Shown here: positions 28,977 to 38,966 of the stretch, one piece after another
Numbering within the stretch: the stretch's first letter is position 1
Layout: every line of letters begins with the position of its first letter
Source: Candidatus Nitrospinota bacterium M3_3B_026
Lineage (GTDB): Bacteria > Nitrospinota_A > UBA7883 > JBPRGF01
Assembly (NCBI GenBank): GCA_051418015.1
Contig: JBPRGF010000019.1
Location: 31,408 to 95,407, forward strand
Length of the DNA stretch: 64,000 nucleotides
Direction: 5' to 3'
The notes under the pieces: generated by a model
What the model saw: the letters and a program-made list of their open reading frames with translations, nothing else
Databases searched by the model: none
What the model was told of the DNA's origin: nothing
Position numbers and translations under genes: made by a program

Positions 28977-30608
28977 CTATATCTTGAACTTTTTCACCAG
29001 GTTGTCGAGCTCCATGGCCACGATGTTCAGGTCGTTGGCCGCCCGGGCGGTCTCCTCGGCGCCCGTGGCGGTCTCGTGCCCTATCTGGTCCATGGACGAC
29101 ACGCTGTCCGATATCGACTTGATCGAGACTGACTGCTGCTCCACGGAGGCGGCTATCTGGTTTATCTGGTCGTTCACGGCCTCCACGGACTCCACGATCT
29201 TCCGGAGAGCCTCGCCCGCCTTGTCGCTCATCTCCACTCCCTTGACGACCTCCGCCGCGCCGGTTTTCATGGATTCCACGACAGCCGCCGCCTCGCTCTG
29301 GATGGCCTCTATCATCTGGGCGACCTCCTTCGTGGCCCTGGTGGTGCGCTCGGCCAGTTTTCTGATCTCGTCCGCCACGACGGAAAACCCAAGCCCCTGC
29401 TCTCCGGCCCGGGCGGCCTCTATGGAGGCGTTCAGGGCCAGCAGGTTCGTCTGGTCGGCGATGTAGTCGATCACGTTTATTATCTCGCCTATCCGCCGGG
29501 AGCTTTCGCTCAATGCCCCTATGTTATCAACGGAGTGTTTCACTGTCTCGTCGATAAGCCTCATCTCGCCAATGGATTTTCGCACCTCGTCCATACCGCT
29601 GTTGGCGTCCTCCATGACGTTCCTTGACATTGCGGCGGACCTGTCGGCGTTGGCGGCTATGTTCTCCACGGTGGAGGTTATCTCCTTCATCACGTAGGCG
29701 TTGTTGTTTATCTGCTCGCTTTGCGACTTCACCCCCCGGGCTATCTGCTCCGATGATATGGTCGTCTCCGCCGACGCCCCGGCGACGGTCTCCGAAAGCT
29801 CCGCCACGCGGGATATCATCCGGCGGATGCGGTCTATGAACAGGTTGAAGGCGCGGGCCAGGTCGGCCAGTTCGTCGTTTCCGTGGACCGTGAGCCGCCT
29901 CGTGAGGTCGCCCTCGCCCTCGACTATGTCATGCATCCGCTCCGTGGTCTCCACGATGGGCTTGACGATCAGTTTCTTCAAGGCAAGGTACAGCAGGACG
30001 ATTATCAGCAGGACTATGACGGCGTTGAACGCGACGAAGCTCCTCTTGAAAGAGGCGATGGCGCTTTCGGCCGGCCTCAGGTCAAGCTCGAGGCTCAGCG
30101 CTCCCAGGACGTCCCCGGCCTTGACCTCGTGGCAGTCCATGCACCTGGTCCCGTGATAGTTTTCCCTGGCGATGAAGGGCACGACCGCCCGCAGGTACCT
30201 GGCGCCCCCCTCCTCCTCCTCCACCACCTCCATGCGCGGCCGCCTGGTCTTTATGACTTCCTTGTCTATCTCGTCCGCGGGACGGTCATGATCCCCCAGG
30301 GCGGGAAACTGCTTTTCGTTGAGCGGCGAGCGGAAAAGCCGCGCCTCGCGCACCTGATCCCAACTGTTCAGCTTCTTTATGAAAATGTCGCGCCGTTCCC
30401 TTACCTCCCCGGTGAGCATCATGGTGTTGAGCGCGTCCAGGACAAGGTCCGCCGTGTTCAGGGCGAAGCGGCGGGAACTCTCCTCGGCCAGCGACCTCAT
30501 CTCGCTTTGTATCCACGGGATCTGGACGAAGAAGTAGAGCAGTACCAGCGCCCCGACCAGGGGGAGCATGAACTTGCCGGATATGGTCGAAAAGAAAGGT
30601 CGAGCCAC
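28977..30608 (-). CDS. Methyl-accepting chemotaxis protein with a periplasmic heme-c motif
   Basis: Two TM helices flanking a domain with CMDCH; HAMP (GDLTRRL..DEL); [23 protein letters not shown]. Start GTG 30608 or 30647. Confidence 0.93.
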   Translation of the reverse strand: MARPFFSTISGKFMLPLVGALVLLYFFVQIPWIQSEMRSLAEESSRRFALNTADLVLDALNTMMLTGEVRERRDIFIKKLNSWDQVREARLFRSPLNEKQFPALGDHDRPADEIDKEVIKTRRPRMEVVEEEEGGARYLRAVVPFIARENYHGTRCMDCHEVKAGDVLGALSLELDLRPAESAIASFKRSFVAFNAVIVLLIIVLLYLALKKLIVKPIVETTERMHDIVEGEGDLTRRLTVHGNDELADLARAFNLFIDRIRRMISRVAELSETVAGASAETTISSEQIARGVKSQSEQINNNAYVMKEITSTVENIAANADRSAAMSRNVMEDANSGMDEVRKSIGEMRLIDETVKHSVDNIGALSESSRRIGEIINVIDYIADQTNLLALNASIEAARAGEQGLGFSVVADEIRKLAERTTRATKEVAQMIEAIQSEAAAVVESMKTGAAEVVKGVEMSDKAGEALRKIVESVEAVNDQINQIAASVEQQSVSIKSISDSVSSMDQIGHETATGAEETARAANDLNIVAMELDNLVKKFKI

Positions 30609-30816
30609 AACAGCCCCTTGCAAGTCGAGAAAACAAGGCCGCCTCACCCCCTGCGAGCCGGCCCGGGATTTTAAACCACGCCACGGAATGAATGTATTTT
30701 ATATTATGCCAAACAGGCGGAAACGGTCAACAGTCCGGGCGCTCAAAAGTATCCAGATGACCCGGACAGCGAAAGGATTCAGCCGAACGCGAGACGGGCC
30801 GGGGACTTTTGCCCGC

Positions 30817-30849
30817 AAAAAAAGTGGCCGGCCGTTTGCGGCCGACCAC
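30817..30849 (-). terminator. Terminator after the acidic lipoprotein gene
   Basis: Minus strand GTGGTCGGCCG-CAAA-CGGCCGGCCAC followed by T7. Confidence 0.82.
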
Positions 30850-30880
30850 ATAAGGGAAAGGACGTGAATCGCCAACAGAA

Positions 30881-31666
30881 TCAATTGTTCGTCGAGTCGT
30901 CGTTGGAGTCGTTATCCGAATCGTTGTCCGAGTCGCCGTTGGAATCGTTGTCGGAATCACCATCGGAGCCGCTGTCCGAATCGTTGTCCGAATCATCGCC
31001 GGAATCGTTGTCCGAATCGTCGCCGTCATCGTCCGCGCCGTTGTCCGAGTCGCTGGAGGAGTCGCCGTCCGCGTCGTCATCGACTCCGTCGTTGTCGTCG
31101 TCCACGTCGATCTCGTCCTCGAGCCCGTCGTTGTCGTCGTCGTAATCGTCCAGGTCGTTCTCACCGTCGTCGTCGGTGTCCACTTGCTCCAGGGGGTTGT
31201 GCTGCGGCGTGGCGGCGGCCTGGGCCGTAGACGCCGCGCCGGCGGGCACGGTCACCAGGCCGAGGTCGATGGGCGCGGCCGCGCTGGAAGCGGGCGCCGG
31301 TATCGTCGTCGTCGTGGACGTTCCCGAACGGTTGGATGGGAAAGTCACGTCCGCCACCGGCTGGTTCGCGGTGTCCACCACGCTGATCTTGTAGCTGTCG
31401 CCCGCGGGGACCTCCACCTCGAAGGCGGCCGTGGGGCCGGTCAGGGCCTGAGGGGAGCTGTAGCCGTCGTAGACGGCGGCCTGGTAGACGGCGCCGTCGC
31501 GGCGCCTGGTGGCGGCCACGCCGGAGACGCTCGAAAGGTCGCCGGTCAGCGCTCCGCTGATGGTCCGCGTGCTCGCCGAATCGCTCCCTCCGCCCGAGCT
31601 CGACCCGCACGCGGCCAGCGTGAGCGCCAGCAGGAGAGCCACTGCGTTCGTGGCTATGGTTCTCAT
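30881..31666 (-). CDS. Lipoprotein with Asp-rich TSP3-like and DSDN-repeat tail
   Basis: Lipobox LAAC-GSSSGGG; DTDDDGENDLDDYDDDNDG..; repeated DSDNDS; AGGAGG RBS. Confidence 0.8.
   Translation of the reverse strand: MRTIATNAVALLLALTLAACGSSSGGGSDSASTRTISGALTGDLSSVSGVAATRRRDGAVYQAAVYDGYSSPQALTGPTAAFEVEVPAGDSYKISVVDTANQPVADVTFPSNRSGTSTTTTIPAPASSAAAPIDLGLVTVPAGAASTAQAAATPQHNPLEQVDTDDDGENDLDDYDDDNDGLEDEIDVDDDNDGVDDDADGDSSSDSDNGADDDGDDSDNDSGDDSDNDSDSGSDGDSDNDSNGDSDNDSDNDSNDDSTNN
30885..31180 (-). repeat. Coding low-complexity repeat (degenerate 12-nt units encoding Asp-Ser-Asp-Asn)
   Basis: Recurrent TCCGAATCGTTG-like units on the plus strand. Confidence 0.8.
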
Positions 31667-31730
31667 CGTCCTATCCTCCTTAAAATACGCGAAATTTTGG
31701 AAAAATCTTTTCCCATCAACTCATTTTATT

Positions 31731-31859
31731 CGCAATAACCGTTCCAAGAAAAATCTATTCAAGTTACTATTTACATAACAATATGTTATTGAACAGGGCG
31801 AGAAGCTTGGGGGGCGTGGAGCCTGTCCTTTTTCAGGACGGATGTCATCCGCCGGGACA
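31731..31859 (-). promoter_or_regulatory. sigma54 promoter with IHF-like site and tandem enhancer-like palindromes
   Basis: TGGAAC-GGTTA-TTGCG (31731-31746, minus); TAACAATATGTTA (31776-31788); TGTC-N9-GACG (31824-31840) and TGTC-N9-GACA (31843-31859). Confidence 0.65.
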
Positions 31860-32006
31860 GCCCGTATATTATAGTGCACACATCCGTGGCGTGGCAGGCT
31901 CTCACAGCGGGCCGAGCGGCCGCGCCGCTATTGACTTTGCGGCGTTTTAGCCCCATAACTATAGCGAAGAAGAGGGATTACGTCGTTACCCCCGGAGGCT
32001 TTCCAA

Positions 32007-33194
32007 ATGGCGGCGCGTCTTTTTATCAGAAGTGTTCTCGTGGTTTTCTCTTGCGCGGCGCCGCTCCTTGCCGCATCCGCGTCCAACGCCGCCCCCATAA
32101 CAGCCCGCGCCGTCCACGTGGAGGGGGAGGCCAGCTACGTGGCCGCCAGGGACGCCGAAACCTACAAGGTGGAGATCAATACCCCTTTCGCCGAGGGAGA
32201 CCGCGTCATAACCGGCGCGGACGGGAAGCTGGAGATAGAGTTCGACACTGGCGACCTTCTGCTCATGGACAGCGGGGCGGAGCTTGTGATCCGCGCCCTG
32301 GAACGCGATGAAAAAGGGACCGCCTCGGCGGTGTTCGATCTTGCCGCGGGCCGGGTCAAGTCCCTCGTCACGGGCCTTGCGGGCAAAGGCTCCCGGTTCG
32401 AGATACACACCAGGGCGGCCATATCCGGCGTGGCGGGGACGGAGTTCTACGTCGAGACGGAAGAGGATGCCACCAGCGTATACAACACCAGCGAGCCCGG
32501 CGGGGGCGACGTATTCGTCCAGGGGCGCGACGCGGCGGGTACGCGGGTTATCCTGACGCCTGGGACGGGCACGACCGTGGCGCTCGGCCTTGCGCCGGTG
32601 GCGCCTTTCATATTGAAGCCAGAGCTTTTGAAATCGCTTGGTGAGCTGATGTTCCACACCGGCGGCGCGGGCGCGGGAGGCGCGGCGGCCCCCGCCGCGG
32701 CGGGCGGGACGGGGCTGAGCGGAACGACGATCGCGGCGATAGGCGCGGGAGGAGGGCTGGCCGTCGTGGCCGCCGGATCCTCCGGAGGAGGCGGCGGAGG
32801 AGGAGAGCCTGGAGACCAGACGCCTGACACCGGGGACGGCTCCACGCCATCGCCGCAGCCGGACGGCCAGACGCCGGACGTGGCGGGGGACTGGGCGGGA
32901 ACGTGGACAGTGGTCCACCCGCAGGCCTGTGCGGGTCTGGGGGGGTCGTGGACGGCGGCGCTGAACGTCTCCGGCGGCAAGCTCTACGGTTACGGGACGG
33001 CCAACGGGTGGAGCGGAACGGCCACGGGAACCTGGGACGGGAACACTGCCACGTGGGCCATAGGCGGGGGCGGCGAAGGGATCACCTTCTCGGGCGTGGT
33101 CACGGGGAACACGATGTCGGGGACATGGGGGAGCACGGAGGACTGCGCCGGGTTCGGCTCTTTGAGCGGGACGTTCAGCGGCTCCAAAAGATGA
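32007..33194 (+). CDS. Exported FecR-domain protein with a C-terminal beta-rich domain
   Basis: Signal peptide; EGDRVITGADG, FEIHTRAAISGVAGTEFYV; Gly-rich linker; WAGTW..TMSGTW..SGTFSGSK. Confidence 0.75.
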   Translation: MAARLFIRSVLVVFSCAAPLLAASASNAAPITARAVHVEGEASYVAARDAETYKVEINTPFAEGDRVITGADGKLEIEFDTGDLLLMDSGAELVIRALERDEKGTASAVFDLAAGRVKSLVTGLAGKGSRFEIHTRAAISGVAGTEFYVETEEDATSVYNTSEPGGGDVFVQGRDAAGTRVILTPGTGTTVALGLAPVAPFILKPELLKSLGELMFHTGGAGAGGAAAPAAAGGTGLSGTTIAAIGAGGGLAVVAAGSSGGGGGGGEPGDQTPDTGDGSTPSPQPDGQTPDVAGDWAGTWTVVHPQACAGLGGSWTAALNVSGGKLYGYGTANGWSGTATGTWDGNTATWAIGGGGEGITFSGVVTGNTMSGTWGSTEDCAGFGSLSGTFSGSKR

Positions 33195-33305
33195 TCCGAT
33201 AGGGATATAATAACCCCCAGCGAAGCGGCCCATGGGAGGACGCGCCGCGCGGCCTGTACGCTCCCTGTTTCGCGGCGAAGGCGCATCTCTTTCAGGGCGG
33301 CGGCA

Positions 33306-34790
33306 ATGGACGATTACACACGGGTTGCGCGAAAACGCGCGCGAAAAGCGGACATGAGGCGAGAAAACAGGACAAAACCCGCCGTGACACGGCGCGGCGC
33401 CGGAAAACTGGCGCGAACGATCGCTCTTCTCGCCGCGTCCCTGCTCCTTGCCGCCGTCCCCGGCGAAGGGGCGGGAGGAGATGACGGCGTCCTCAGCCTG
33501 ACGCTGGAGGACGCGGTGAACATCGCCCTGACCGCCAACCGCAGCCTCATAATGTCCCGCCGCGGCCTCAAGGACAGCAGGCTGTCAGTGGTGTCGGCGA
33601 AGTCGGACTTCGACGTCAAGATATACCCCGCCGCCACGGCCCAGGCGGCAGGCGGAGACGCCTTCACGTCCGAGACCCTGGGGCTTGGCGTGTCGCTTGA
33701 GAAGAAGTTCGCCACGGGCTCCCGGCTCTCCATAACCCCGGCGGTGGCGAGCCTCGACGGGGACGAAGGGTCGAGCGTGGACATATCCCTCGAGCAGCCG
33801 CTGTTCCGCGGCGCCGGCCTCGCCACGAACCTGAACGAAGTGAAAGCGGCGGAATACTCGCTCCGGTCGTCGGAAAGGAGAGACTACCAGGCCAGGGTCA
33901 ACGTGATGATGTCGGCCGTCTCCGCGTTCTACGAGGTGGCCCGGCAGCGGGAGATATTGAGGCTGAACGAGGAGCTCGCCGAAAGGCTGCGCGGCCACGC
34001 CGAGGCGGCGAGGGCGAAGGAGAAGGCAGGCTACGCAAGCCCCATAGACGTCTACAGGGCCGAGATACGCCTGAAGGACGCCGAGGACAGCGTCGCCGTG
34101 GCGGCGGAGTCCTACCAGAACGCCGGAGACAACCTCAAGACCATCCTGGCCCTGCCGCAGGATAAGCCCCTGGCCGTCAGCGCGCCGCTCGGTCGGGAGG
34201 GGGTCAGGATGGAGCGGGCGCGGGCTGTCGTCGTCGCCATGAAAAACAGGGTGGAGATAGAGCAGGCCGAGGAGAACATCGCCGAGGCGGAGAGGCTCTC
34301 CGGGGTGTCGTGGCGGCGGATCCTGCCGGACATCAACCTGGCGGTGGACTACTCCCGGTTCGAGAGCGCCGGGGGGGAGGCCCTGGGCGAGAGCAGGTGG
34401 ATGGCGCGGCTTGTCGGCCGGTCGGACGTGGCGAGGACGCGGGAGAGGATCGCCCACCAGCGCGCCCTGTTCGGCCTCGAGGACGCGAAGATCCGGCTGG
34501 AGCAGGTCAAGGACGAGATAACGAAACAGGTGGCGGCCAGCCTGCGCGCCCTGCGAAGGGCGGACGACCTGGAGAGGATACGAGCCGAGCAGATAACCCA
34601 GGCCGAGGGCAAGCTGGAGCTTGCGAAGGTAAAGTTCAACCACGGCCTGGCGGACAACTTCGACCTGATAGAGGCGGAGATGGAGCTTCGCCGCGCGGTC
34701 ACGAACCGCCTGGTCGCGGCCATAGACTACATCGTGGAGACCTACAGGCTCCGCGCCGCGCTGGGTACGCTGCTGGAGCGCGAAGGATGA
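33306..34790 (+). CDS. TolC-family outer-membrane channel
   Basis: LTLEDAVNIALTAN, LEQPLFRG, duplicated helical halves; upstream of adaptor and ABC genes. Start uncertain. Confidence 0.85.
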   Translation: MDDYTRVARKRARKADMRRENRTKPAVTRRGAGKLARTIALLAASLLLAAVPGEGAGGDDGVLSLTLEDAVNIALTANRSLIMSRRGLKDSRLSVVSAKSDFDVKIYPAATAQAAGGDAFTSETLGLGVSLEKKFATGSRLSITPAVASLDGDEGSSVDISLEQPLFRGAGLATNLNEVKAAEYSLRSSERRDYQARVNVMMSAVSAFYEVARQREILRLNEELAERLRGHAEAARAKEKAGYASPIDVYRAEIRLKDAEDSVAVAAESYQNAGDNLKTILALPQDKPLAVSAPLGREGVRMERARAVVVAMKNRVEIEQAEENIAEAERLSGVSWRRILPDINLAVDYSRFESAGGEALGESRWMARLVGRSDVARTRERIAHQRALFGLEDAKIRLEQVKDEITKQVAASLRALRRADDLERIRAEQITQAEGKLELAKVKFNHGLADNFDLIEAEMELRRAVTNRLVAAIDYIVETYRLRAALGTLLEREG

Positions 34791-36250
34791 CGGCGGGCCG
34801 GATAATCAAGAACGCCGCCGTGGCGGGGCTGGGGCTCGTCCTGGCGGGGGTTCTTCTCATATCGTCCCATTCCAGCATGGGGGTGGACTCGGCCGATATC
34901 AGCCTGGCCCCCGTCAAAAGAGGCGGGTTCGAAGTCCGCGTGGAGGCGGTGGGGACGCTGGACGCGGAAAGGTCATACATCGTCTCGTCGGAGATCAAGG
35001 GCGATCGGGGGAAGATAATTCACCTCGCGCCGGACGGGGAGTGGGTGGAGGAGGGCGGCGTTTTGGTGAAGTTCGACCCGACCCCCTTCGAGGAGGAGAT
35101 ACTGTCGCTTGGCGGAAAGGTGAAGTCCGGCGAGGCCGTCCTGGAGTCCACCCGCCAGGCCCTGGAGTGGGAGAAGAGCCAGGTTGAAAAGGAGATCAAG
35201 GTGGCCGAGCTGAACTACAAGTCGGCCAGGCTGGAGCTTAGCAAGCTGCTCAACGGCGACGGGCCGCTGCGCCTTGCCCAGCTGCGGGAGGAGGTGGAGG
35301 AGAAACAGCAGAACTACGAGAAGCACAAGAGTTTCGTGAAAGACCTGGAGGAGCTGGAGCAAAAGGGCTACAGCAACCCGGCCGAGATAAGCCTCGCCCG
35401 GGAGAAGACCGGCAGGCTGAAAAAGCTCTACGAGATATCCAGGGAGAAATACGAAAGCTACAAAAACTACGTGCTGCCCTCGCAGGTGGAGAGCATGAAG
35501 ACCAAGGTCAGCCAGGCGGAGGTGGAGGCCGAGCAGACGAAGAAGGGGGGCGAGTTCAGGATCGGAAAGGCGAAGGCGGCCATAGAGAAAGCCCGGCAGG
35601 ACCTTTTGACCGCCGGGGAGCGGCTGAGGCAGGCCCGGGCCGAGCTTGAGAAGACCGTCATCCGCGCTCCCTTCGACGGCATAGTCGTCTACTACGAGAC
35701 GTTCCGGGACAACGTGAAAAGAAAACCCAGGGTGGGGGACACCGTCTGGCGCAACCAGCCCATCATGTACCTGCCGGACATAACGTCCTTCGTCGTCAAG
35801 ACGAGGATAAGGGAGATAGACCTGCACAAGATCGAAAAAGGGCAGAAGGCGGACGTCCGGGTGGACGCCTACCCCGGCGCGGAGCTTTCCGGCGAGGTCG
35901 CGGCCATCGGCGCCCTGGCGGAAAAAGAGACCCACGGCATGGCGGGGATGGCCACGGAAAAGACTTTCCAGGTCACGGTGGCGGTGAAGGGGCGGGACAT
36001 CCGCCTGCGCCCCGGGATGACGGCGAGGGTCTCCGTGCTCAGCGATGTCGTGGAGAACGCCCTCGTCGCACCCGTAAGCTCCGTGTTCAGCGACGCCCGG
36101 GGCAAGTTCGCCTACAGGAAGACGGGGGCCGGGTTCGAGAAGGCATACGTGAAGATCGGGCGGCGCAACGAGGACTTCGCGGAGATACTCTCCGGCCTCG
36201 CGGAGGGCCAGGCCGTGAGCCTCGCCGAGCCTGGCGCGTCTCTTTTCTGA
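34787..36250 (+). CDS. Periplasmic adaptor (MacA/HlyD-like) with a long coiled coil
   Basis: N-terminal TM; IRAPFDGIV, LRPGMTARV. Start at ATG 34787, overlapping the TolC stop. Confidence 0.87.
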   Translation: MTAGRIIKNAAVAGLGLVLAGVLLISSHSSMGVDSADISLAPVKRGGFEVRVEAVGTLDAERSYIVSSEIKGDRGKIIHLAPDGEWVEEGGVLVKFDPTPFEEEILSLGGKVKSGEAVLESTRQALEWEKSQVEKEIKVAELNYKSARLELSKLLNGDGPLRLAQLREEVEEKQQNYEKHKSFVKDLEELEQKGYSNPAEISLAREKTGRLKKLYEISREKYESYKNYVLPSQVESMKTKVSQAEVEAEQTKKGGEFRIGKAKAAIEKARQDLLTAGERLRQARAELEKTVIRAPFDGIVVYYETFRDNVKRKPRVGDTVWRNQPIMYLPDITSFVVKTRIREIDLHKIEKGQKADVRVDAYPGAELSGEVAAIGALAEKETHGMAGMATEKTFQVTVAVKGRDIRLRPGMTARVSVLSDVVENALVAPVSSVFSDARGKFAYRKTGAGFEKAYVKIGRRNEDFAEILSGLAEGQAVSLAEPGASLF

Positions 36251-36258
36251 TATCGTCC

Positions 36259-36936
36259 ATGCCCGGCGCCGTAATAGAAGCCCGCGAGGTAAGCAGGACC
36301 TACGACATCGGCGCCGCGCCCGTCGAGGCGCTGAAGAGCGCGAGCCTCACCGTGCGCAAGGGTGACTTCGTCTCCATAATGGGCCCATCCGGCTCCGGCA
36401 AGACATCGCTGATGAACATCCTGGGGCTGCTTGACACACCGTCCGGGGGGACGTTGCTTTTCGACGGCGAGGACATGAGCGGCGCGGACGACGACGAGCG
36501 CTCGGCCATCCGGGCGCTCAGGATAGGGTTCGTTTTCCAGACCTTCAACCTGATTTCGTGGATGAGCGCCTGGGAAAACGTGGAGCTGCCGCTGCTTTAC
36601 GGCCCTTTCGGCGAGAAGGAAGCCAGCGAAAGGGTCCACGCGGCCCTTGAAAGCGTCGGCCTCTCCCACAGGGCCGGGCACAGGCCGGCGGAGCTGTCCG
36701 GCGGGGAGGCGCAAAGGGTGGCGATAGCCAGGGCCCTTGCCGCCGGGCCGCTGGTCATACTCGCCGACGAGCCGACTGGCAACCTCGACACCAGGACGGG
36801 GGAACGGATACTCGACATCTTCGAAAGGCTGAACGAAGAGGAGGGGGCGACGATCCTCGTGGTGACCCACGACGAGAGAGTCGCCGCCCATTCGCGGCGG
36901 ATGATGAGGATAGTGGACGGGGAGCTTTTCCAGTGA
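36259..36936 (+). CDS. ABC ATP-binding protein (MacB/LolD type)
   Basis: GPSGSGKT, IGFVFQ, LSGGEAQRVAIARAL, ADEPTGNLD. Confidence 0.95.
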   Translation: MPGAVIEAREVSRTYDIGAAPVEALKSASLTVRKGDFVSIMGPSGSGKTSLMNILGLLDTPSGGTLLFDGEDMSGADDDERSAIRALRIGFVFQTFNLISWMSAWENVELPLLYGPFGEKEASERVHAALESVGLSHRAGHRPAELSGGEAQRVAIARALAAGPLVILADEPTGNLDTRTGERILDIFERLNEEEGATILVVTHDERVAAHSRRMMRIVDGELFQ

Positions 36937-38192
36937 CGCCTTGGGGAGTCAGGCTTTTCAAGACCAGGCGGGTTTTGAAAATGAGCGCCCGGGCGCTTGG
37001 GCGGCGCAAGCTGCGGGCGGCGTTGAGCGCCCTGGGGGTCGTCTGCGGCGTGGCTGCGGTCTTCTCCATGATCTGCGTGGGCGAGGGGGCGCGGCGCCAG
37101 GCGATGCGGTCGATCGAGAGCCTCGGCATGAAAAACATCCTGATCAAGAGCAAGGACCTGACCGAGGAGCAATGGGCGAAGGCCGTCGAGAGCCACTCCC
37201 GCGGCCTCAGGATGGCCGACGCCGAGAGGATGGCGAACGTCCTGCCCTCCTCGGCGCGCGTCGCCGCGCTGAAGGAGCTCAACGCCACAGCGCTCGCGGA
37301 AAAGAGCGGGGCGGCGCCAAAGGCTCTTGCCGTGTCGGCGGATTACGGAGCCGTCCGCCCGCTGAGGCTCGCGTCGGGCAGGTTCATCTCGGCGCTGGAC
37401 GTGGAGCGCAAAAGCCGCGTCCTTGTCCTCGGGGCGGACGCGGCCGAGGCCTTCGGCCCTTCGGCGAGGACCGGCGGGAGCGCGCGGATAGGCGGCGTCG
37501 AATACAAGGTCATAGGCGTCCTGGCGAGGCGGAGCCTTGCGACGGCCAAGGGCGCGCCTGTCTCTGTCCGTGATTTCAACCAGGCGGCTTTCATCCCACT
37601 GGGCTCGGAGCCCGCGGCGGCGGGCCGGAGCGGGCCGCGGGCCGACGGGGCCGTCAGCGAGATCATCGTCGAGACGCGAGAGACCGGGGACGTGATGAGC
37701 GCGGCCCGCGTCATCGACAGGGTCCTGAGGATAGCTCATTCCGGCGCGGACGATTATTCGTTGGTGATACCGCTGGAGCTTTTCCGGCAGGCCAAAGAGA
37801 CCGGCAGGACCTTCAGCCTGGCGCTTGGGTCCATCGCGGGGATATCGCTGCTGGTGGGGGGGATAGGGGTCATGAACATAATGCTGGCCACGGTCTCGGA
37901 AAGGAGGAGGGAGATAGGGATAAGGCGCGCCGTGGGCGCTAGCCGGCGCAGTGTCATGGCGCAGTTTCTGATCGAGACGACGCTGCTCACGACAAGCGGC
38001 GGCGCCGTGGGGCTTGCCGCGGGGCTCGTTATCGTGACGCTGATCTCGAAATTCTCCGGATGGGAGACGGCCATCGTCCCGTGGTCGATCGCCCTGTCGC
38101 TTTCTATGTCCTTCGGGGTGGGGTTTTTCTTCGGCCTCTACCCCGCCTGGACCGCCGCCAGCGCCGACCCGATAGAGGCCCTGCGGGACTGA
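36933..38192 (+). CDS. MacB-type ABC permease
   Basis: ISLLVGGIGVMNIML.TV.ERRREIGIRRAVGA, FGLYPA..A...DPIEALR. Confidence 0.93.
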   Translation: MTPWGVRLFKTRRVLKMSARALGRRKLRAALSALGVVCGVAAVFSMICVGEGARRQAMRSIESLGMKNILIKSKDLTEEQWAKAVESHSRGLRMADAERMANVLPSSARVAALKELNATALAEKSGAAPKALAVSADYGAVRPLRLASGRFISALDVERKSRVLVLGADAAEAFGPSARTGGSARIGGVEYKVIGVLARRSLATAKGAPVSVRDFNQAAFIPLGSEPAAAGRSGPRADGAVSEIIVETRETGDVMSAARVIDRVLRIAHSGADDYSLVIPLELFRQAKETGRTFSLALGSIAGISLLVGGIGVMNIMLATVSERRREIGIRRAVGASRRSVMAQFLIETTLLTTSGGAVGLAAGLVIVTLISKFSGWETAIVPWSIALSLSMSFGVGFFFGLYPAWTAASADPIEALRD

Positions 38193-38955
38193 CCCCGCGC
38201 GGACAGGGCGCGGGCGCCGCCGGAGCTTTTGAGCAGGCGCGGCATCCGGTGAGCGGCTTCAGACTGAATTTTCTTATCGAACAGTCCCTCATGTCGAGGG
38301 ATACGAGCCCGTCCGATACGCTCCCGTATCCTGAGAGAAGCTTGACCGCCTCCATGGCCGCCATTGCGCCTATGGCGTGCGCCGCCGCACCGAAGACGGG
38401 GAACCCGAACGGGTCCCAGTCGGGCGGGTCGTCCGGATAGAGGCAGTCTAGACATCCTGTCACCCCCTTCCTGAAGAGCGCCATCTGCGCCTCGAGCCCG
38501 TCCATGGCGGCGAACAGGAGCGGCAGACCGTTTTCCATGGCCAGCCGGTTCAGCGCCCGGCGCTCCGGAAAGTTGTGCCGGGCGTCGATGACGAGGTCCA
38601 CCCCGGCCATGAGCGGCGCGAGCCCCTCCACGGTGATCCCGATGTCATGCGCCTCCACCTCCACGAACCTCGAGTATTCCTCCAGCCTCTCCTTCGCGGT
38701 CATGACGCGGGACTTGCCGACGCTCTCCTCCTTCATCAGCGTCTGGCGATTCAGGTTCGTCTCCGTGAGGGGCCCGGAGTGGACGAGGACAAGCTTTCCG
38801 ACGCCCGCCCCAGCCAGAGCGTAGGCGATCTCGCCGCCGAGCCCCCCAATCCCGGCGAGCAGGACCGCACAGCCGCGGAGCGCCTCCTGATGTTCCCGCG
38901 TGAAACCATGGTGGATCATCTGGCGCCGGTATCTCTCCCTCTCCTCGGGCGTCAT
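38104..38955 (-). CDS. hesA: HesA/MoeB/ThiF-family protein
   Basis: ERYRRQ, GIGGLG, TNLNRQ, CLDC and CRAC; last gene of the nifB operon. Start at ATG 38955. Confidence 0.85.
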   Translation of the reverse strand: MTPEERERYRRQMIHHGFTREHQEALRGCAVLLAGIGGLGGEIAYALAGAGVGKLVLVHSGPLTETNLNRQTLMKEESVGKSRVMTAKERLEEYSRFVEVEAHDIGITVEGLAPLMAGVDLVIDARHNFPERRALNRLAMENGLPLLFAAMDGLEAQMALFRKGVTGCLDCLYPDDPPDWDPFGFPVFGAAAHAIGAMAAMEAVKLLSGYGSVSDGLVSLDMRDCSIRKFSLKPLTGCRACSKAPAAPAPCPRGVSPAGPLSGRRWRRSRRGRGRRKTPPRRT

Positions 38956-38966
38956 CCGTCTCTTCC

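Noticed and set aside
30885..31180. Possible CRISPR or non-coding tandem array
   Set aside because: Units are 12-nt, in-frame and degenerate at third positions with no spacers; they encode the acidic tail
34310..34786. 159-aa extension of the adaptor ORF
   Set aside because: Overlaps TolC in another frame; ATG 34787 overlaps the TolC stop and precedes the TM anchor
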